Source: Pseudomonadota bacterium
GTDB lineage: Bacteria > Pseudomonadota > Alphaproteobacteria > Sphingomonadales > Sphingomonadaceae
Length of the DNA stretch: 64,000 bases
NCBI GenBank assembly: GCA_039195235.1
Contig: JBCCVO010000001.1
Span: 20,933-84,932, forward strand
Direction: 5' to 3'
The notes under the pieces: model-generated
What the model was told of the DNA's origin: nothing
Databases searched by the model: none
The model's input: only the letters and a program-made list of their open reading frames with translations
Shown here: in pieces, positions 59,498 to 64,000 of the stretch
How positions within the stretch are numbered: position 1 is the stretch's first letter
Layout: the number at the start of each line of letters is the position of its first letter
Position numbers and translations under genes: made by a program

Positions 59498-60046
59498 ATG
59501 ACCAAGACCATTCGTTTCGGTGCCGCTGGCATCGCCATGTTTGCCGCACTGGGCATGAGCACTGTTGCTCACGCCGACACCGAAACTGCTGACGCACGCG
59601 CAGAAGTTCTCGACGCACTCGTTCTCACCAACACAGGCGCCCTCGATTTCGGCACCATGGTAGTGAGCGGTGCCGGCATCGTTGTGCTGGACTCCGGCAA
59701 CAACCTGACCTGCACCGATCCGGACATCATCTGCTCGGGCACCACTTCGGCTGCTGCATTTGACGTCGAAGGCACCGCCAACAAGGCCGTGACCATCAAC
59801 TTGCCGACCGCAGGCATCAACCTGCGCCACCCGAGCTACAATGCGGGTGTCAGCACCGGTGAGCACACCATCGAGCTGTCGGCTTTCACCTCGAGCGACA
59901 CCAACGCGACTTCGGGCGATCCGGAAGTGACCCTTGATGGTGCTGGCGATGCGACCTTCACCGTTGGTGGCACGATCACCGTCGACGGCAGCGAAGAAGC
60001 AGGCCTGTTCGAAGGCACTTTCGACGTTTCGGTCGAATATTCTTAA
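59498..60046 (+). CDS. DUF4402-family secreted protein, probable pilus subunit
   Basis: Signal peptide ending AHA; LDFG motif; two Cys; C-terminal strand GLFEGTFDVSVEYS; codon choice typical of highly expressed genes. Confidence 0.8.
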   Translation: MTKTIRFGAAGIAMFAALGMSTVAHADTETADARAEVLDALVLTNTGALDFGTMVVSGAGIVVLDSGNNLTCTDPDIICSGTTSAAAFDVEGTANKAVTINLPTAGINLRHPSYNAGVSTGEHTIELSAFTSSDTNATSGDPEVTLDGAGDATFTVGGTITVDGSEEAGLFEGTFDVSVEYS

Positions 60047-60089
60047 AATTGTAGTCGCCGCATAGAGCGGCGCGCAATCGACAAGCGTT

Positions 60090-60121
60090 AGGCCGCGTTC
60101 CTTAGTTGGAGCGCGGCCTTT
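60090..60121 (+). terminator. hairpin after pilin-like gene
   Basis: AGGCCGCGTTCC-ttagtt-GGAGCGCGGCCT with a short T run. Confidence 0.65.
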
Positions 60122-60263
60122 CGCTGTCTTGAGACCAGCCCGGGCGCGCAATCGGGCCATTCTGCTTTAATCAATCTTAACCCTATCCACTTACCAAGCT
60201 CCGTGAAACCACGCACTTCCGCAGCGCATGCGGAGCGCGTCCATTTCGGGGGCCAGCTTAAGA

Positions 60264-61100
60264 ATGTCATTCAAATCCTTGCGCAATTTTGTCCGTAGGG
60301 CTGCAATCGCCACCGCCATTTCCACTTCAGTGGTTGCGCCGTCGGCATATGCCCAGGGCGATCTACTGGTCGCCCCGACACGCGTGATCCTCGATGGCAG
60401 CCGCGGAACTGAAGTGATCCTGAGCAATATTGGCTCGGAAGAAGCGACCTATCGCATTGGGCTCGAGTTGCGCCGGATGATGGAAAACGGACGCTTGGTG
60501 CCGGTCGAAAAAGTCGACGCAAACGATGCCGAAGAGGCGGCGCTCGGCATGATTCGTTATGCGCCACGCCGCATCACACTCCCCCCGGGTCAGCCACAAG
60601 CTGTGCGTCTCGCTGCACGCCCTGGGGCAGACCTTCCCGACGGCGAATATCGGGTCCACATGTCGTTCAAGGCGATTCCAAAGCCTCGCTCGGTCACCGA
60701 CGAGCAACCGCAGTCGGACAGTGTATCGATCCAGCTGATCCCAATCTATGGCGTGACCATACCGATCATCGTTCGTCATGGTCGCGTAGAGGCGCAGGTC
60801 GCGATAAACCAACCAAGCATAATACAGGGCGAGAAGGGCCCCGAACTCGCGGTCAGTCTTAGTCGCGCAGGTGACAGCTCAACCTATGGCGAGCTGCGCA
60901 TCACCAAACCCGGCATGGAAGATCCTGTGGCGCTGCTCCGTGGTGTTGCGATCTATCCAGAAGTGGGCAAACGCGAGCTGCGCATTCAGCTCACGCAGGA
61001 GCAGGCTGCCGCGCTGACTGGTCAGTTGCGGTTCGAATATCGCGAAATGCCTGAGGCCGGCGGCGGTCTCATCGCCGCGGTGGATGCGTTTGTCAGCTGA
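60264..61100 (+). CDS. periplasmic pilus-assembly chaperone (PapD-like)
   Basis: Signal peptide ending AYA; LLVAPTRVIL, YAPRRITLPPGQPQAVRL, DGEYRVHM, GVTIPIIVR. Confidence 0.8.
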   Translation: MSFKSLRNFVRRAAIATAISTSVVAPSAYAQGDLLVAPTRVILDGSRGTEVILSNIGSEEATYRIGLELRRMMENGRLVPVEKVDANDAEEAALGMIRYAPRRITLPPGQPQAVRLAARPGADLPDGEYRVHMSFKAIPKPRSVTDEQPQSDSVSIQLIPIYGVTIPIIVRHGRVEAQVAINQPSIIQGEKGPELAVSLSRAGDSSTYGELRITKPGMEDPVALLRGVAIYPEVGKRELRIQLTQEQAAALTGQLRFEYREMPEAGGGLIAAVDAFVS

Positions 61101-61141
61101 TCCGGCCGATCGGCGGGACGCCCGCTGAGCTCACAACCATC

Positions 61142-64000
61142 ATGTCTATCCATCGTCATCCAATCCTGGGCGCCGCCGCGAACATCGCGGTGGCGTTTAG
61201 CGCGTTTGGTGTCGGTGCAATGGCGCTTTCAGCACCCACGCATGCTCGCGCGGAGGTCGCGCCGGTTTCTGTGTCTACCCAGGGGTCTGCTCAGGTGTCT
61301 GCAGCGCCCGCTGCACAAAGCTGGCAGGCGAATGATGACGATTTCCTGTTCCTCCAACTCGTTGTCGACAGCTACCGTCTGAATTACGACGTAAGGGGGT
61401 ATCAGACTGATCGCGGCGTGTGCCTTGATCTGGCAGATGTCATTCAGTCGCTCGACCTCCCTGTGCGCATCGACAAGAAGTCGCGCCGCGCGACTGGCTG
61501 GCTATTCAGTGAGGATCAGAAGTTCACACTTGATCGCGATTCCAATACAGTACAAAACGTGAACAATGGTCGCGCACCCGTCGCATCCGACATCTACGAC
61601 ACACCGGAAGGGTGGTGCGTCAACGTCAAAGCCCTTTCGCGCTGGTTTGGGATCGATTTCAGACCAGATCTCTTCAATGCGGTCGTTCGGTTGGAGTCCG
61701 AACAGGATCTGCCCTTTATTCAGGCGATCGAACGCAGAAGTCGCGCCGCGCGACTTCGTGGCAAATCCAAAGAGTTCGACCTGTCAAAGTTCCCGACCGC
61801 CGATATGGAGTACCGCGCCTGGCGCACGCCTTCGCTCGACGTGGTTGCTCAGGCCGGCTACCAGACGGGTGGCGCGGTTGGCGGACGTGACGGCGCATCG
61901 GGCCGGGTAGAACTCTACGCAGCGGGCGAGGCGCTCGGCGCCAGCTACACCGCTCGTGTGGCAACCGATGATCAGCTTGTACCGCAAACCGTCCGCGTTC
62001 GCGCCTATCGCAACGATCCTGAGGGCAACCTTTTAGGCCCACTCAAGGCGACGCAAATCGCTATTGGCGATGTTGAGACACTCGCGGGCCGCCTGACGGC
62101 GCAAACCGCGATCGGGCGCGGTGCGTTCGTCACCAATCGTCCGCTGGGGCAGTCATCACGGTTTGATACCACAACCCTGCGTGGAACTTTGCCCGCTGGG
62201 TGGGATGCAGAATTGTACCGCAACGGCCAGTTGATCGCGTTTCAAGACGATCGCGGTGACGGGCGGTACGAGTTCCTTGAAGTTGAGCTGTTCTTCGGCC
62301 GCAACGAGCTCGAAGTGGTACTGTACGGCCCGCAAGGGCAGATCCGCCGCGAGAAAACGTCTGTGCCGATCGGGATGAACCAGATTGAGCCGGGTCAGAC
62401 CTATTATTGGGCCGGAATCGTTCAGAACGAACGTGATCTGATTGATCTTGGCAACGGGGCGCAGCGTGCGCCACCACGATGGCGTGGCGGCGTTGGAGTC
62501 CAGCGCGGCCTCGATCAAAGGACCAGCGCCGCTCTTGGATTACAGAGCCTCGTCTTTGCTGGCGCCCGTCGCAACTATGCGGAGGGCGCGGTTGCACGCA
62601 GTTTCGGGCGATTGCAGCTCGAACTGGGTGGTGCCCACGAGTTCGGCGCCGGCAGCGTTGCCGAAACGAACGCGGCAGGGCGTTTTGGACGGTTCAATTT
62701 CGGTGCGAACGCGCTCGTCACCTTTGGCAACTTTACCAGCGAGTTCGTAACTGACGAACTGGACTATCGCGCGGGCCTGACATTCGATACATCCTTGCGG
62801 ATGGGCAAGTTCGGTCTGCCGATCCAGGGTGACTTCACCCATTCCAAGCTCGCCAATGGGTCAGAGGTTAACGAGTTCTTACTGACGACTTCTGTCAATG
62901 CGGGGCGCGTGGCGATCTCGGCGCAGCTGGATCATCAGGAGCAGAGCGCCAGCGCAACATCTGTGGCACGGCAGGATACGCGGTTGCGGCTCCTCGCGAA
63001 CACGCGACTGAAAGGGATCCGTCTGCGTGGTAACGCCACGTTCCTGCTCAATGGTCGTCAGCAGGGCCTCGATTCTGCGAATATTCGGATCGACAAGGAG
63101 CTCGATCGCGATTCTGAACTGCAGGGCCAGCTGGAATACACAGAGCGATTCAACGAATTCCGCATCGCGGCAGGATATTCCCGCCGGTTCGACAAGCTTT
63201 CGCTCCGCTCTGATGCCTTTGTAACGAGCCGTGGTGGGGTGGGCGCGCAGGTGCAGCTTGCCTTCAGCCTCGGACCGAACCCGGCGGCCGGAGGCATCCG
63301 TGTGACCCACAACAAGCTCGCTCGCAATGGTCAGGCCGATGTCACCGTCTTCAGAGACGAAGATGGCGATGGTGTGCACGATCCGGGTGAGGACGTAATC
63401 AAGGATGTGCTGGTCGAAGCGGGTTTGCGCAGCACCGACGCGATAACCGGTGAGAATGGTCGTGCCATCGTTGATGACCTACGCCCGTTCCGTCCAGTAC
63501 TGGTCGGTGTCGATGAGAGCACGCTCGGTGATCCGTTTCTCGCTCCAGCCGTCAAAGGCATCGTGATCACGCCGCGTCCGGGTGTCATCGCGCAAATCGA
63601 GCTACCGATCACGCCGACTGGTGAGATCGAAGGGACTCTGTTCAATCCTTCGGGCGTCGAGCAACCGGGCGTCGAGCTGGAGCTGGTAGACGGTCGCGGT
63701 AATGTCACTGCATCGACGATGAGCGAATTCGACGGGTTCTTCCTGCTGCAGAAGGTGCCCTATGGCGAATACACACTGCGCGTCGGCGAGGAGGCGGCGA
63801 CCACGCTGGCTGTGCAGTCGATTCTGACGAGCGAGAAACTCGTGAAGGGTCTCCGAGTTAGCCGCGATGAGGATGTCGTGCGGCTTGGCTCGATCAAGCT
63901 GCGCCTGGCCGACACGGCTGATGATCCGGAAATTGACATGACAACAATTGCTGTCGCGCCGCCACCTGCATCGGGTGCCCTGCCCTTGCCGGAAGCGCCG
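61142..64000 (+). CDS. large outer-membrane usher-like protein (no stop within window)
   Basis: Hand translation from ATG 61142, same frame in spot checks up to 64000 (953 codons): signal peptide, GWDAELYRNG...VVLYGPQGQ plug-like region, beta-strand-rich middle, FRDEDGDG and SEFDGFFLLQKVPYGEY C-terminal domains. Absent from the ORF track because it has no stop. Confidence 0.8.
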   Translation, partial: MSIHRHPILGAAANIAVAFSAFGVGAMALSAPTHARAEVAPVSVSTQGSAQVSAAPAAQSWQANDDDFLFLQLVVDSYRLNYDVRGYQTDRGVCLDLADVIQSLDLPVRIDKKSRRATGWLFSEDQKFTLDRDSNTVQNVNNGRAPVASDIYDTPEGWCVNVKALSRWFGIDFRPDLFNAVVRLESEQDLPFIQAIERRSRAARLRGKSKEFDLSKFPTADMEYRAWRTPSLDVVAQAGYQTGGAVGGRDGASGRVELYAAGEALGASYTARVATDDQLVPQTVRVRAYRNDPEGNLLGPLKATQIAIGDVETLAGRLTAQTAIGRGAFVTNRPLGQSSRFDTTTLRGTLPAGWDAELYRNGQLIAFQDDRGDGRYEFLEVELFFGRNELEVVLYGPQGQIRREKTSVPIGMNQIEPGQTYYWAGIVQNERDLIDLGNGAQRAPPRWRGGVGVQRGLDQRTSAALGLQSLVFAGARRNYAEGAVARSFGRLQLELGGAHEFGAGSVAETNAAGRFGRFNFGANALVTFGNFTSEFVTDELDYRAGLTFDTSLRMGKFGLPIQGDFTHSKLANGSEVNEFLLTTSVNAGRVAISAQLDHQEQSASATSVARQDTRLRLLANTRLKGIRLRGNATFLLNGRQQGLDSANIRIDKELDRDSELQGQLEYTERFNEFRIAAGYSRRFDKLSLRSDAFVTSRGGVGAQVQLAFSLGPNPAAGGIRVTHNKLARNGQADVTVFRDEDGDGVHDPGEDVIKDVLVEAGLRSTDAITGENGRAIVDDLRPFRPVLVGVDESTLGDPFLAPAVKGIVITPRPGVIAQIELPITPTGEIEGTLFNPSGVEQPGVELELVDGRGNVTASTMSEFDGFFLLQKVPYGEYTLRVGEEAATTLAVQSILTSEKLVKGLRVSRDEDVVRLGSIKLRLADTADDPEIDMTTIAVAPPPASGALPLPEAP

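Noticed and set aside
61566-63708. Short ORFs listed in the track across the last 2.5 kb
   Set aside because: All are alternative or antisense frames of the single usher-like ORF starting at 61142
1-64000. CRISPR array, IS or transposase, integrase or prophage, rRNA, tRNA
   Set aside because: No repeat-spacer periodicity, transposase or integrase motifs, or cloverleaf sequence seen in the intergenic gaps I read

Overview
Core chromosomal DNA of an alphaproteobacterium, about 60% GC by eye. Gene content (UrcA, DUF4402, DUF6489, DUF1491, ThiS-ThiG fusion, PopZ) points to Sphingomonadales, probably Erythrobacteraceae; this is an inference. The window spans the likely replication origin: dnaQ-coaE-aroE-maf-ppsR <oriC> hemE-hemJ-rho ... 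mnmE-parS-mnmG-rsmG-parA-parB. It also holds the SUF operon, rplM-rpsI, pcm-tolC-popZ, fumC, pyrD, ggt, ctaA and ptsN-hpf. I saw no IS, prophage, CRISPR array, rRNA or tRNA. Main points of interest: (1) an atypical chaperone-usher-like pilus locus directly after parB (DUF4402 pilin-like gene, PapD-like chaperone, and a >950-codon usher-like ORF missing from the ORF track); (2) two GNAT genes coupled inside the suf operon, one fused to a degenerate DUF559 nuclease domain; (3) a candidate sRNA with an anti-Shine-Dalgarno loop upstream of an AraC-DUF885-AraC cassette; (4) rsmG broken by one in-frame TAG; (5) an FNR-boxed cytochrome c lipoprotein with CxxCQ instead of CxxCH; (6) two urcA paralogues followed by long hairpins sharing a GUCCC loop. 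All family calls come from motif recognition by eye, not database searches.
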